A stretch of 64,000 bases of DNA from Candidatus Omnitrophota bacterium (GTDB taxonomy: Bacteria; Omnitrophota; Gorgyraeia; Zapsychrales; Zapsychraceae): contig DATDQB010000001.1 of assembly GCA_035292445.1 (NCBI GenBank), positions 7,530-71,529 of the forward strand, read 5' to 3'. Positions 27,348 to 36,542 of this stretch are shown here, in pieces. The notes below the pieces were generated by a model. That model saw only the letters and a program-made list of their open reading frames with translations. It was not told the origin of the DNA and did not search any database. Position 1 is the stretch's first letter, and each line of letters starts with the position of its first letter. Both the position numbers and the translations under genes were made by a program.

Positions 27348-28237
27348 GGCGTGAGCCTGACCTTTATATGTTCTCCATCGGTCTCAAAAACGATCGTTTT
27401 ATGCCGGTCTGTTCTGTATAACGTCCCATCCAGCTGCCCCAAGGCCATCTCATCAGGAAGACCCCAAAAGTTACTGCCGGTTGAAACGAAAAAAATTTTA
27501 TTCCGCATTGTTTCGATCAAGGCCTCGCTCAGCGCTTTACCGTGATGCGGCACTTGGACGACCGATGCGTCTTTAAGAAACGGATTCTCCTTAAGAAGGA
27601 TTTCTTGCACCTTCTCCCCCACATCGGAAGTCAAAAGAAAAGAATGCTTCTTAAAGGTCAAGTACGTGACAACCGCGTTATCGTTGATCGAATAAGAATC
27701 CGTACGGCTTAAGACCGGCAAAAAGAATGTCAACTGAATATCTTCATTGATGCAAGAAAAGGTTTGCTTCGCCTGGAGCATGGATACGTTCGCGCCGCTC
27801 TCCTTAAGTTTTATTAAAAAATCTTCATAACCTTCATCGCCGCTGCCTGCGGGATTAATATAAACGTCCCCCACCTTAAACGATTGAAGTATCGCCGGCA
27901 CTCCGGCGTAATGATTTTCATGGCCGTGGGTCAGAACAACCTTCTCTATCCGCTTTTTATTGAGTTTCTTTATATATTCGACTAAACCCGCCGCCGCCTC
28001 TTTGCCTCCGGCATCGATCAAGCAGGCCGCATCCGTGGAAGGATCGATAACGATCGCATCGGCGTAACCAACGTCAACGACATGGACCGAAAGAGTCTCC
28101 GCCCCCTGTAAAACAGCCGGTAGACAAAAAATACAAATAAGAACAAAAGAAACTTTAAGATAAGAATGGCTAATGGGCAGGAACAATCTAGTCGGATTCG
28201 ATATTTTTTTGTTGGATGCTTCGTTCCAGCTCTTCAA
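27344..28237 (-). CDS. Exported ComEC/Rec2-type metallo-beta-lactamase-fold hydrolase
   Basis: VDVGYADA, LIDAGG, LTHGHENHYAG, INDNAVV, FLLTSD, VPHHG. Confidence 0.85.
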   Translation of the reverse strand: MKSWNEASNKKISNPTRLFLPISHSYLKVSFVLICIFCLPAVLQGAETLSVHVVDVGYADAIVIDPSTDAACLIDAGGKEAAAGLVEYIKKLNKKRIEKVVLTHGHENHYAGVPAILQSFKVGDVYINPAGSGDEGYEDFLIKLKESGANVSMLQAKQTFSCINEDIQLTFFLPVLSRTDSYSINDNAVVTYLTFKKHSFLLTSDVGEKVQEILLKENPFLKDASVVQVPHHGKALSEALIETMRNKIFFVSTGSNFWGLPDEMALGQLDGTLYRTDRHKTIVFETDGEHIKVRLTP

Positions 28238-28481
28238 TGGCCGCTACGGCTTCTTTCCGGCCGACTTGAAAGATTTCGCAGTACATCTGGATCGCCAGCT
28301 CTTTCTCGCCACGAAGCAGTAGATCACGCACATGGAACATGGTCGCCTTGCCCTTGGAAGGATAAAAGCCTTTGCGGCGGCTCTGGTTGATGAACCAAAT
28401 ATGTTTGGCTTTCACCAGCACCCAAAAACAAAGGGCCAATAAAAAAACCGATACGCTTAAGAGGATGAGGATTCTAAGCAT
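28188..28481 (-). CDS. Hypothetical single-pass membrane protein
   Basis: N-terminal TM; operonic overlap with both neighbours. Confidence 0.6.
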   Translation of the reverse strand: MLRILILLSVSVFLLALCFWVLVKAKHIWFINQSRRKGFYPSKGKATMFHVRDLLLRGEKELAIQMYCEIFQVGRKEAVAAIEELERSIQQKNIESD

Positions 28482-28825
28482 GCCTTGATCTCACTCACAA
28501 ATAACGTCATATTGACGGGTTTAACAAAATAACCTTGAATGTTTTCCATTTTGAAAACATCTTTCAACTTTTTATGCGCCGTTAAGATAAAAACCGGGGG
28601 GATTTTTTCAATCTCCAGCTGCTTAAGTTCTCCCATGAATTCATACCCATTGATGTTGGGCATCATGATATCCAAAACGATCAGATCAGGCTTTTCCTTT
28701 TTGACCTTCTTTAAGCCTTCCTCGCCGTCTCTGGCCGTGATCACCTCGTAATCTTCCGCCTTAAGGCCGAATTTAACCAGCGCTAGGCTGATCCGTTCAT
28801 CGTCAACGATAAGAATTTTTGGCAT
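28457..28825 (-). CDS. Single-domain response regulator receiver
   Basis: ILIVDD, PDLIVLDIMMP, ILTA, FVKP. Confidence 0.92.
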   Translation of the reverse strand: MPKILIVDDERISLALVKFGLKAEDYEVITARDGEEGLKKVKKEKPDLIVLDIMMPNINGYEFMGELKQLEIEKIPPVFILTAHKKLKDVFKMENIQGYFVKPVNMTLFVSEIKACLESSSS

Positions 28826-28921
28826 GAATGTATCCTTTAAAGTGAAAATTTCTCCAAAAAGATGGGAAAATCATTGCGTTCGCACCTGCCTCAAGTAAAA
28901 TAACTCTTAAAGAGGTGGCTT

Positions 28922-29269
28922 ATGTCTTTCAACGATTTCATGAACCAGATCCGCCAGTGGGACAACACCATCGCCAAATGGCTGATGCGTCATTTCTATT
29001 TCATGTTCTTCCAGCTGGTCTTATTGATTATCTTCGGTTTCTGGCTCACGAACACCGTCCAAATGATCGATGTGAGCTTCCAGCTTTCCGAATCATCGCT
29101 CATGGAACGCCTTGCCGTGACCCAAACCATCAATACCTCCATTATCGTCCTAATCCTTCTTCTTAATTCCTTCTGGGTCCTTTACGTCTTTAACGGCATC
29201 CAGCGCATCCGAAACATCCTCAAAGACATCAATTTCAATATCAGTAAACTCCGCTTCAAAGAAAAATAA
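28922..29269 (+). CDS. Hypothetical two-TM membrane protein
   Basis: GAGGTG RBS, two hydrophobic helices; only plus-strand gene before 61 kb; converges on ftsA. Confidence 0.75.
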   Translation: MSFNDFMNQIRQWDNTIAKWLMRHFYFMFFQLVLLIIFGFWLTNTVQMIDVSFQLSESSLMERLAVTQTINTSIIVLILLLNSFWVLYVFNGIQRIRNILKDINFNISKLRFKEK

Positions 29270-29275
29270 ACACCC

Positions 29276-30523
29276 TCAAAAATATTCGTTATAAAGCTCC
29301 ACCATGCGGTTCATGGCATGTTTCGCCCAGTTGGCTTCCCCGTTCGAAGGAAGTTTCTTGCTGAGCCTTTTCTCCATCCCCAAGTGAGCCAAACCGATGA
29401 CTGAAGCGAAAGAGGCGGCGTTGCTGATATTCTTATGGGGGGCGAGGTGGATCTTTCCTAACTGAACGTTCAAGTTCGTGGTCGCTCCGATGCATTCGAT
29501 CAAACCCGGCAACAGGGCCCCGCCGCCGATCAAAACAATTCCCTGATTGATATGGCGGACCATTTCGGAATTTTCCAGCGATTGGTGGATGGCCTTCACC
29601 AGCTGTTCCACGCAGGGTTGAATGGCCAGGCAGATCACTTCCCGTTTGATAGGGATATACATGTTCTCCTTTTTAACCAAAATTTCCTCTTCATAATGCT
29701 TGGCAGAAGCTATGGCGAGCGCGTAGGACTTTTTGATTTCCTCCGCCGTATCAAAAGGAAAATGGATCTGGTCCGCTATTGCTTTTGTGAAATGCTCGCC
29801 GCCTGTATAGATAATACCGACATGCCTTAACGCATCGTCCTTATAAACCAGGACGCTGGTGACGCGGGAACCAATATCGATCAACGCACAACCCTGCAAA
29901 CGTTGAGCCTCGCTCAGCACTTGCGAAGCGGCGGCGAAGCTGCTGAAAAAAACGCCTTCCACGTCATAACCGGCCTGATGGACGGCCTTTGTAATATTGC
30001 GCAGAATGTTGGTGTTTGTCCCGATAAGGAGCGCCTTAACGCCCAGTGTCCTTCCATACAGGCCTAAAGGATTAACGGAGGTATTGGCATCATCCACGCT
30101 GTAATTCATGGCCAGATCATGAAGGATCTCTTCTTCCATCTTGACGCCCAAAAGCCGTGCATGCTCATTGACCCTTTTGATGTCTCGTTTTGTGATGACT
30201 TTATGCCCGCGGTCGATCAAGGGTATCGTCGTTGCCGTAGGCCTTACGAAAATGAGATCACCGTTAACGCCTAACTCAAGGGCCTTGGCTTTAATGCCGG
30301 TCTTTTGAACTAACTTTTCGATCGCATGATGGATGCCCTCGGAAAGCTCCTGCAGGTCATTGACGAACGCTTCTTTAAGCCCATGCGTCTCATGCTCATA
30401 GATCCCTAAGATCTCGCTGCCGCCGTTTTCTTGGGCCAAAAGGGCGCAAACTTTTAATTTATGCGCCCCAAAATCCAAACTATAAAAGCATTTATCCTGA
30501 GCCAGACGATTTAACATGGTCAT
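29276..30523 (-). CDS. ftsA: Cell division protein FtsA
   Basis: SLDFGAHK, NPLGLYG, LIDIGSRVT, AEEIKKSY, GIVLIGGGALLPG; follows ftsQ. Confidence 0.9.
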   Translation of the reverse strand: MTMLNRLAQDKCFYSLDFGAHKLKVCALLAQENGGSEILGIYEHETHGLKEAFVNDLQELSEGIHHAIEKLVQKTGIKAKALELGVNGDLIFVRPTATTIPLIDRGHKVITKRDIKRVNEHARLLGVKMEEEILHDLAMNYSVDDANTSVNPLGLYGRTLGVKALLIGTNTNILRNITKAVHQAGYDVEGVFFSSFAAASQVLSEAQRLQGCALIDIGSRVTSVLVYKDDALRHVGIIYTGGEHFTKAIADQIHFPFDTAEEIKKSYALAIASAKHYEEEILVKKENMYIPIKREVICLAIQPCVEQLVKAIHQSLENSEMVRHINQGIVLIGGGALLPGLIECIGATTNLNVQLGKIHLAPHKNISNAASFASVIGLAHLGMEKRLSKKLPSNGEANWAKHAMNRMVELYNEYF

Positions 30524-31275
30524 TTCTTCCCGACAATCGGCTCCTTAAACCGCAAGTCAATATACTTCACTTCTTTCAGATCGACCTGGCCTTTGGCCAA
30601 GATAACCCCCAATATTTTTACCTTTTGACCGACTTTGGAGGCGTCCAGAATGACATGAAGTTTATTGGATAAATATACATTTATCTTTGACAAATTTTCA
30701 ATATCAATTTGCTCGATAGCATAAGAAGACAACGCCCGGTTGACTTTAAAAGAATTAATAATGTTAAGGCCGATTTCATGGTCGCCGCTGGGAAGCGGCA
30801 GCCCGAGCGTGTAGCGCGGATGATGGTCATGCGGGGTGCTGATATACGGCAATTTTCCATCCTTTTTGGTCGATGAAGCCACCACGACCCCCCTTTCATC
30901 AAGCGTTAGGATATTAGAGCTCGATTGGACCTGGGCCGCGGGGAAACGCGGCTTGGCCTGGATATGGATCTGGTTAGGGAACTGGCGGACAACTCTTAAA
31001 TCGGAAACCTGAGGATACTTAAGAACTAAGTGCCGCTGGATCTGCTTGAGATTCAACGTAAAGATATTCTTGCCGCTTAAATTCGCGAAATCTTTTTTAT
31101 CGATAAAAGACAATGAGGGATCCAGCGCCACCATTTGGACACTGAAATACCTCGAGTGCGTCAGAAGATGAAACGTCCGTTGGCACAGGAAGATGCCGAC
31201 CGTCAACGCCAGGATGATGACGATGGATATTTTAACGGCCGCTAGGGAGATGGGTGAATTTTTTCTTTTCGCCAT
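30520..31275 (-). CDS. ftsQ: Cell division protein FtsQ/DivIB
   Basis: Single TM, POTRA (RQFPNQIHI), C-terminal YIDLRFKEPIV. Confidence 0.88.
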   Translation of the reverse strand: MAKRKNSPISLAAVKISIVIILALTVGIFLCQRTFHLLTHSRYFSVQMVALDPSLSFIDKKDFANLSGKNIFTLNLKQIQRHLVLKYPQVSDLRVVRQFPNQIHIQAKPRFPAAQVQSSSNILTLDERGVVVASSTKKDGKLPYISTPHDHHPRYTLGLPLPSGDHEIGLNIINSFKVNRALSSYAIEQIDIENLSKINVYLSNKLHVILDASKVGQKVKILGVILAKGQVDLKEVKYIDLRFKEPIVGKK

Positions 31276-32203
31276 AAGCCAATCCTACCAGTTTCAAACA
31301 AAGTTGGTTAAAATTGATCCCCGCGTGTTTTGCCGCTTTGGGCAGCAAGCTCGTCGCGGTAAAGCCGGGTATCGTATTGACCTCCAGGAGATAATGCTGC
31401 CCCTTGCGGTCAACCATAAAATCCACCCGCGCCAAATGACGGCAACCCAGAAGCTTATACGCCTTCAGGGCCGTCTCTTGGACCGCCTTGGCCGCCTCCT
31501 GCGATAACCGTGCGGGTACAATATATTCTGTCATACCTTTCTCGTATTTTGCTTTAAAATCGAAAAATTTATTTTTTGGGCAAATTTCCACAATAGGTAG
31601 CGGCGCTTGGTCCAGGATGCCGACCGTGACCTCTGTTCCTTCAATGGCTTCCTCAACTAAAACTTCCTCCCCGTACTGCCACGCCAATGCCAGGGCCGCC
31701 TCTAACTCAGCTTTAGAGGCGGCATAACTGATGCCGATACTGGAGCCCTCGCAAGAAGGTTTGACAAACACCGGTAATTTAAGGGCCGCCAGCGCTTTAG
31801 CGGGGTTTCCACTGTTCTTTCTTAAAGCCGCGTACCGGCTGACCCGAATATGGTTTTGTTGGAACAATTGCTGACACACCACCTTATTAAATGCCCGCTG
31901 GCTGGCCTCGACACCGGATCCGGTATAAATGATATTGGCTTTATCCAAAATAGCCTGGATCGTTCCGTCTTCCCCGAAACGCCCGTGAAGGGCCAGAAAA
32001 GCCACATCGATGGCCGCCTGTTGAAGTTGAGATAACAATGCCTTTTCATCGTCGGTATCAATAAAGATAGGGCTAACATGGCATCCTTCCTCCTGTAAGG
32101 CGAGCAAGACCGCCTGCCCTGACTTAAGGGAAATTTCCCTCTCGGAAGAAGGCCCCCCCATTAACACGCCGATATGCCCCATTTCTTTCACGTTTTGAGC
32201 CAT
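31232..32203 (-). CDS. ddl: D-alanine-D-alanine ligase
   Basis: GGPSSEREISLKSG, LHGRFGEDG, EGSSIG, LEVNTIPGFT. Confidence 0.96.
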   Translation of the reverse strand: MAQNVKEMGHIGVLMGGPSSEREISLKSGQAVLLALQEEGCHVSPIFIDTDDEKALLSQLQQAAIDVAFLALHGRFGEDGTIQAILDKANIIYTGSGVEASQRAFNKVVCQQLFQQNHIRVSRYAALRKNSGNPAKALAALKLPVFVKPSCEGSSIGISYAASKAELEAALALAWQYGEEVLVEEAIEGTEVTVGILDQAPLPIVEICPKNKFFDFKAKYEKGMTEYIVPARLSQEAAKAVQETALKAYKLLGCRHLARVDFMVDRKGQHYLLEVNTIPGFTATSLLPKAAKHAGINFNQLCLKLVGLAYGEKKKFTHLPSGR

Positions 32204-33603
32204 TACACTTCTTTCAATTGAGCTGATTTTTCTTGCGATGCCTTCCCTTCTTGCAAAGCTCCCGCCAACTGATCCGAAATTTTGGTAATGTCCCCCGCCC
32301 CCAAGGTCAAGACCAGATCACCGGGCCGGACGATTTTTAAAACATGCTTGATGATGTCTTCCAATTTAAGATAAATAACAGACTTGTCTGTTTGATTCTT
32401 GATTTGCTCGACCAAGACCTGGGCATGGATGCCCTCAATGGGTTTTTCGCTGGCAGCGTAAATATCCGTGACGATCACATAATCGGCCTTGAGAAGGCTT
32501 TGGGCAAAATCCGCCAAAAGCGCCTTGACCCTCGTGTAGCGGTGCGGTTGAAAAATAACTATCATGCGGTCTCTTTTCAAATGCTGCGCCGTTGTCAACA
32601 CGGCATCGATCTCCGTTGGGTGATGGGCATAATCATCGATGATAAAGATATTATTGTGCTCTTGTTTGAGCTGAAACCGCCGTTTGACCCCGCGAAACGT
32701 CTTTAAGGATCTGCGTATGGTGTCGAAATCAATCCCGATCGTCAATCCGATGCTGATAGCCGCCAAACTATTAAGGATATTGTGCCGCCCCGGCACCTCC
32801 AGTATCATCTGCCCGAGATCCTTGCCCGAAACGATGCAATCGAAACTGGAAGAGAATTCGTAATATTTCACGTTGGTGGCATAAACGTTAAAAGCGGGAG
32901 AAAAACCGTACGTTTTAAAACCGCGTTTCCCCCTCTTAAGAAGCTTCACCAACTGTTCATCTTCCCCGCAACCGAAAATAAGGCCGTCTTTTTGCGTCCG
33001 CTGAAAATATTCGGCGTAGGCTTCTTTGATTTCATCCAGGTCTTTATATTGGTCCACATGTTCAAAATCAATATTGGTAACGACCGAATATTTGGGAGAG
33101 AAAAACAAGAACGACCTGTCGCTTTCATCGACTTCAGCCACAAAATACCGCCCGGCGCCTAACCGGGCGTTAGAGGATGTTCCGACAATGACCCCGCCAA
33201 TGGCCGTTGTCGGGTGCAGGTTGGCCGAGATCAGAAGATGGGAGATCATCGATGTGGTCGTGGTCTTGCCATGGGCCCCGGCCACGGTGATACCGACATG
33301 GTCTTTCATCAACTCCGCCAACAGTTGGGCCCGTTTCACAACGGGAATGCCTTGTATCTGCGCAGCCCTTAATTCAGGGTTATCGAGAAAAATGGCCGAG
33401 GAATAAACGATATAATCGGCCCCCTCAACATTTTGCGGGGCATGGCCGATCGAGATTCTCGCACCTTGCTCTTTCAATTGAACCGTCAATTCATTTTCTT
33501 TAATGTCAGAGCCCGATACTTTATGGCCTTTGGCCAACAATAACGAAGCCAACGCCCCCATCCCGATCCCCCCGATACCGATCAAATGATACTGCTTTGT
33601 CAT
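32203..33603 (-). CDS. murC: UDP-N-acetylmuramate-L-alanine ligase
   Basis: IGIGGIGM, GAHGKTTTT, DDYAHHPTEI, FQPHRYTR. Confidence 0.96.
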   Translation of the reverse strand: MTKQYHLIGIGGIGMGALASLLLAKGHKVSGSDIKENELTVQLKEQGARISIGHAPQNVEGADYIVYSSAIFLDNPELRAAQIQGIPVVKRAQLLAELMKDHVGITVAGAHGKTTTTSMISHLLISANLHPTTAIGGVIVGTSSNARLGAGRYFVAEVDESDRSFLFFSPKYSVVTNIDFEHVDQYKDLDEIKEAYAEYFQRTQKDGLIFGCGEDEQLVKLLKRGKRGFKTYGFSPAFNVYATNVKYYEFSSSFDCIVSGKDLGQMILEVPGRHNILNSLAAISIGLTIGIDFDTIRRSLKTFRGVKRRFQLKQEHNNIFIIDDYAHHPTEIDAVLTTAQHLKRDRMIVIFQPHRYTRVKALLADFAQSLLKADYVIVTDIYAASEKPIEGIHAQVLVEQIKNQTDKSVIYLKLEDIIKHVLKIVRPGDLVLTLGAGDITKISDQLAGALQEGKASQEKSAQLKEV

Positions 33604-34373
33604 TTCTTTAAATACGCCTCCCAAGCGGCGTCCAACTCGTCGATATTCTTAAAACGGATATAAACGCTTTTTAAAGCCTCTTCAAAGAGGACGCCATCCT
33701 TTAACTTGCGGCATAACCGAAGAAACCGCGAGGACCCTTGCTCACGAATAAGATAATACACGATACTGGCGGACTCTGCATAGAAAAGTTCCACTTTTTT
33801 TCGTTCCGTGCCCTGATTTGGCCTAAAAGATGCCAATTCTTTTAAGGGTATAAATTCGCCCTGCTCCATCGCCTGTTGCACGGCTTGATTGGCCCCCCAT
33901 CTTTTGGCCTTTTCCTGATACATCGCCACACCCTCCTCAAACCATAAGGGAACTTGCGTATCAAGGCCGATCAATTCACGAAAAATGATATGACCCAGCT
34001 CATGCGGCAGCGTTGAATCGAAAAATCCGTGCGCGCTGGGGAAAGTGCGGATGATCTTACTGCGTACCAAAGCGCTCCCCGAGGACCAATGCGCCTCACG
34101 CGCCTCGGTCACAAAATCGTCCGCATCATCATAAATATAGATCTGGGTCCGATCATCCGCGGTCCAATACCTGTTCCTTGTGAACCCTAAATTGCTGTAA
34201 ATTTCCTGATAATAATGCTCCGCGTTATCCGCTACGGTCTTGACAAAATCAACCGGCGCTTCCTTATAATAAACGACAAAATGCTGACTTTTATGTTGAT
34301 TCCATTCTTGAGCCTGCGCCGGGACGCAAAAAAAACAGCAAACGATAAAGAATATAAAAATATTTTTTTTCAT
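33600..34373 (-). CDS. Exported clan MA (gluzincin-like) zinc metallopeptidase
   Basis: Signal peptide, LPHELGHII, PLWFEEGVA, LFYAES. Confidence 0.82.
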   Translation of the reverse strand: MKKNIFIFFIVCCFFCVPAQAQEWNQHKSQHFVVYYKEAPVDFVKTVADNAEHYYQEIYSNLGFTRNRYWTADDRTQIYIYDDADDFVTEAREAHWSSGSALVRSKIIRTFPSAHGFFDSTLPHELGHIIFRELIGLDTQVPLWFEEGVAMYQEKAKRWGANQAVQQAMEQGEFIPLKELASFRPNQGTERKKVELFYAESASIVYYLIREQGSSRFLRLCRKLKDGVLFEEALKSVYIRFKNIDELDAAWEAYLKK

Positions 34374-34374
34374 A

Positions 34375-35448
34375 TCAAACCAAGCTTAAGGCGGCATCAG
34401 CCAGACGCTTGGCAGAGTCAACGATAAAATTGGCTTCGATATTCCTATCAATGGCCGGGGCATCCACTTCCCTCGGCAGCATCACCATGATCATTTGTTT
34501 AAGCCGATCGGCCGTCAAATCCTTTTCTTCAAGGATCTCGGCCAATTCGGTTTTCTTTAAAACTAACGCATTCTGCCATTGATGCGCCTTGGCATACGGA
34601 TAAGGAATAAGAATCGCTTTCTTCCTGAAAAGCGCCAGCTCCGTAACGGTGACTGCCCCGGCGCGCGAAATGACCAGATCGCTCACCGCATAGGCTTTCC
34701 CCATGGATTCCAGAAACGGAAAGACAGCCGCCGGGATCTCCGTTCTTGCGTAGGCCTTGCATAGATTCTCATAATCCTTTAGACCGCTTACGTGGATCAC
34801 CTGGAATTTCAGGTCATTTTTCAACAATTCCGCCGCTTCAAAAAAAACCTGGTTGATCCGATGGGCTCCTTGGCTGCCGCCGAAAACCAATAAGGTCCTG
34901 ACATCATCCTTAAGCCGCCATTCCTCCAGAATGCGCTTCTTATCCATTTCCTTTTTATGATGCCGGGTAGGACAGCCTGTTAAGACGGTCTTAGCGGGGC
35001 TAAAGTATTTCTGCGTCTGAGAAAAACTGACGGCAACCTTGCGAACACATACGGCCAGGCAGCGGTTAGCACGACCGGGTACCACATTTTGCTCGTGGAT
35101 CATCATGGGGATGCGCAGAAACCAAGCGGCGAAAACGCTGGCAAAAGAACCGTGCGCCCCGAATCCGATTACCACACTGGGCCGGTAATACCTTAATAAT
35201 TTCAACGAGCGAAAAAACGCTTTGACCATTCTCCATCCGGCCGAAAAAAAACTAAAAGGCTGATCCGCCACAAAACCTTTGGTCTTAAGTTCGTCATAAA
35301 AAAACTGATTCTGTTTTAAATACTTGACATGCTCGCCGAAAGAACCCAGAAAAATAACCTCGTGCCCCCTGTCTCTAAGTTCCTTGGCGAGCTCAAGAGC
35401 GGGAAATAAATGACCGCCGCTGCCACCTGTGGCCAGAACTATTCTCAT
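34375..35448 (-). CDS. murG: Lipid I N-acetylglucosaminyltransferase
   Basis: True start MRIVLATGGSGGHLFPA; HEQN, GGSQGA, SRAGA. Confidence 0.95.
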   Translation of the reverse strand: MRIVLATGGSGGHLFPALELAKELRDRGHEVIFLGSFGEHVKYLKQNQFFYDELKTKGFVADQPFSFFSAGWRMVKAFFRSLKLLRYYRPSVVIGFGAHGSFASVFAAWFLRIPMMIHEQNVVPGRANRCLAVCVRKVAVSFSQTQKYFSPAKTVLTGCPTRHHKKEMDKKRILEEWRLKDDVRTLLVFGGSQGAHRINQVFFEAAELLKNDLKFQVIHVSGLKDYENLCKAYARTEIPAAVFPFLESMGKAYAVSDLVISRAGAVTVTELALFRKKAILIPYPYAKAHQWQNALVLKKTELAEILEEKDLTADRLKQMIMVMLPREVDAPAIDRNIEANFIVDSAKRLADAALSLV

Positions 35449-36542
35449 AAATCCTGAACCCGGGAAATGTTTAACAAAAGGCCGATGGATATCATATGAA
35501 AAACCAAAGCCGATCCCCCGTAACTGATAAAGGGTAGCGGCAATCCTTTGGTCGGCAAAGCCCCGATGCTCACACCGATATTGACCAGCGCCTGAAGGCC
35601 GAGCATGGCAATGATCCCTATGCACACATAATAGCCGAAGGGCTCCAACGTCCGTTTGGCGATGCGGGCCCCCTGCCAAATAAAAGCGGCAAAAAGAAAA
35701 ATGATGGAAAACGTGCCCAGCAAACCCAACTCCTCCCCGATGATGGAGAGAATAAAATCCGTGTGAGCGGCCGGAAGATAGAACAATTTCTGAACGCTTT
35801 TTCCCAGGCCAACCCCCCATAAACCTCCCGAACCAAGGGCGATCTGCGATTGGGACAATTGAAACCCGACTCCCAACGGGTCCTGCCAAGGGTCCCAAAA
35901 AGCGGCGATCCTTTTCATCCGGTAAGGGACGCGCACAACCAGCCAATACAACGCGGGCAACGATAATAAACCAAAACCGACAATGTGCTGTGTTTTAGCG
36001 CCGGCAATGAACATCATGATCATCACCATGGCCGCTATCAAAACGGCGTTTCCCAGATCGGGCTGTTTAAGGATCAGAATGCAAACGACCCCTAAAACCA
36101 TCATCATCGGCATAAACCCCAGCCAGAAGTTCTGGATCCTATCTTTTTTTCTGGTTAAAAAATCAGCCGTGTAAATAATGACCGCCAATTTGGCAAATTC
36201 CGATGGCTGAAAACTAATGGAACCGATACGAAACCATCGGCGGGCGCCATAACTCGCTTTGCCTATTTCGGGAATCAAAACCAAAAATAAAAGAAAAACG
36301 GCGAACAGCATGATGGGTTTAGACCATTTTTGAATGTCCCGATAGTCGATGGCCATCACCAGCGATGTAGCCACCAGCCCGATCATTAAAAAAAGTAAAT
36401 GCCGGTTGAGGAAATAAGACGCGTCCCCCAGCTCTTGCAAGGCATAAACGCCGCTTGAGCTATAAATCATGATGATGCCGATACTGATCAAGCTGGCCAC
36501 AATGGCCGCTATGGAAATACGTAGGCTTCGCATATCAATCAA
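35445..36542 (-). CDS. ftsW: SEDS peptidoglycan polymerase FtsW
   Basis: FQPSEFAK, QPDLG, YLPAAHTDFI, PTKGLPLPFISYGGS. Confidence 0.95.
   Translation of the reverse strand: MIDMRSLRISIAAIVASLISIGIIMIYSSSGVYALQELGDASYFLNRHLLFLMIGLVATSLVMAIDYRDIQKWSKPIMLFAVFLLFLVLIPEIGKASYGARRWFRIGSISFQPSEFAKLAVIIYTADFLTRKKDRIQNFWLGFMPMMMVLGVVCILILKQPDLGNAVLIAAMVMIMMFIAGAKTQHIVGFGLLSLPALYWLVVRVPYRMKRIAAFWDPWQDPLGVGFQLSQSQIALGSGGLWGVGLGKSVQKLFYLPAAHTDFILSIIGEELGLLGTFSIIFLFAAFIWQGARIAKRTLEPFGYYVCIGIIAMLGLQALVNIGVSIGALPTKGLPLPFISYGGSALVFHMISIGLLLNISRVQDL

Noticed and set aside
35449-35946. 523-aa extended MurG or an FtsW-MurG fusion
   Set aside because: The extension is an alternate-frame read of ftsW; ftsW ends normally and MurG starts at 35448 with an ATGA overlap
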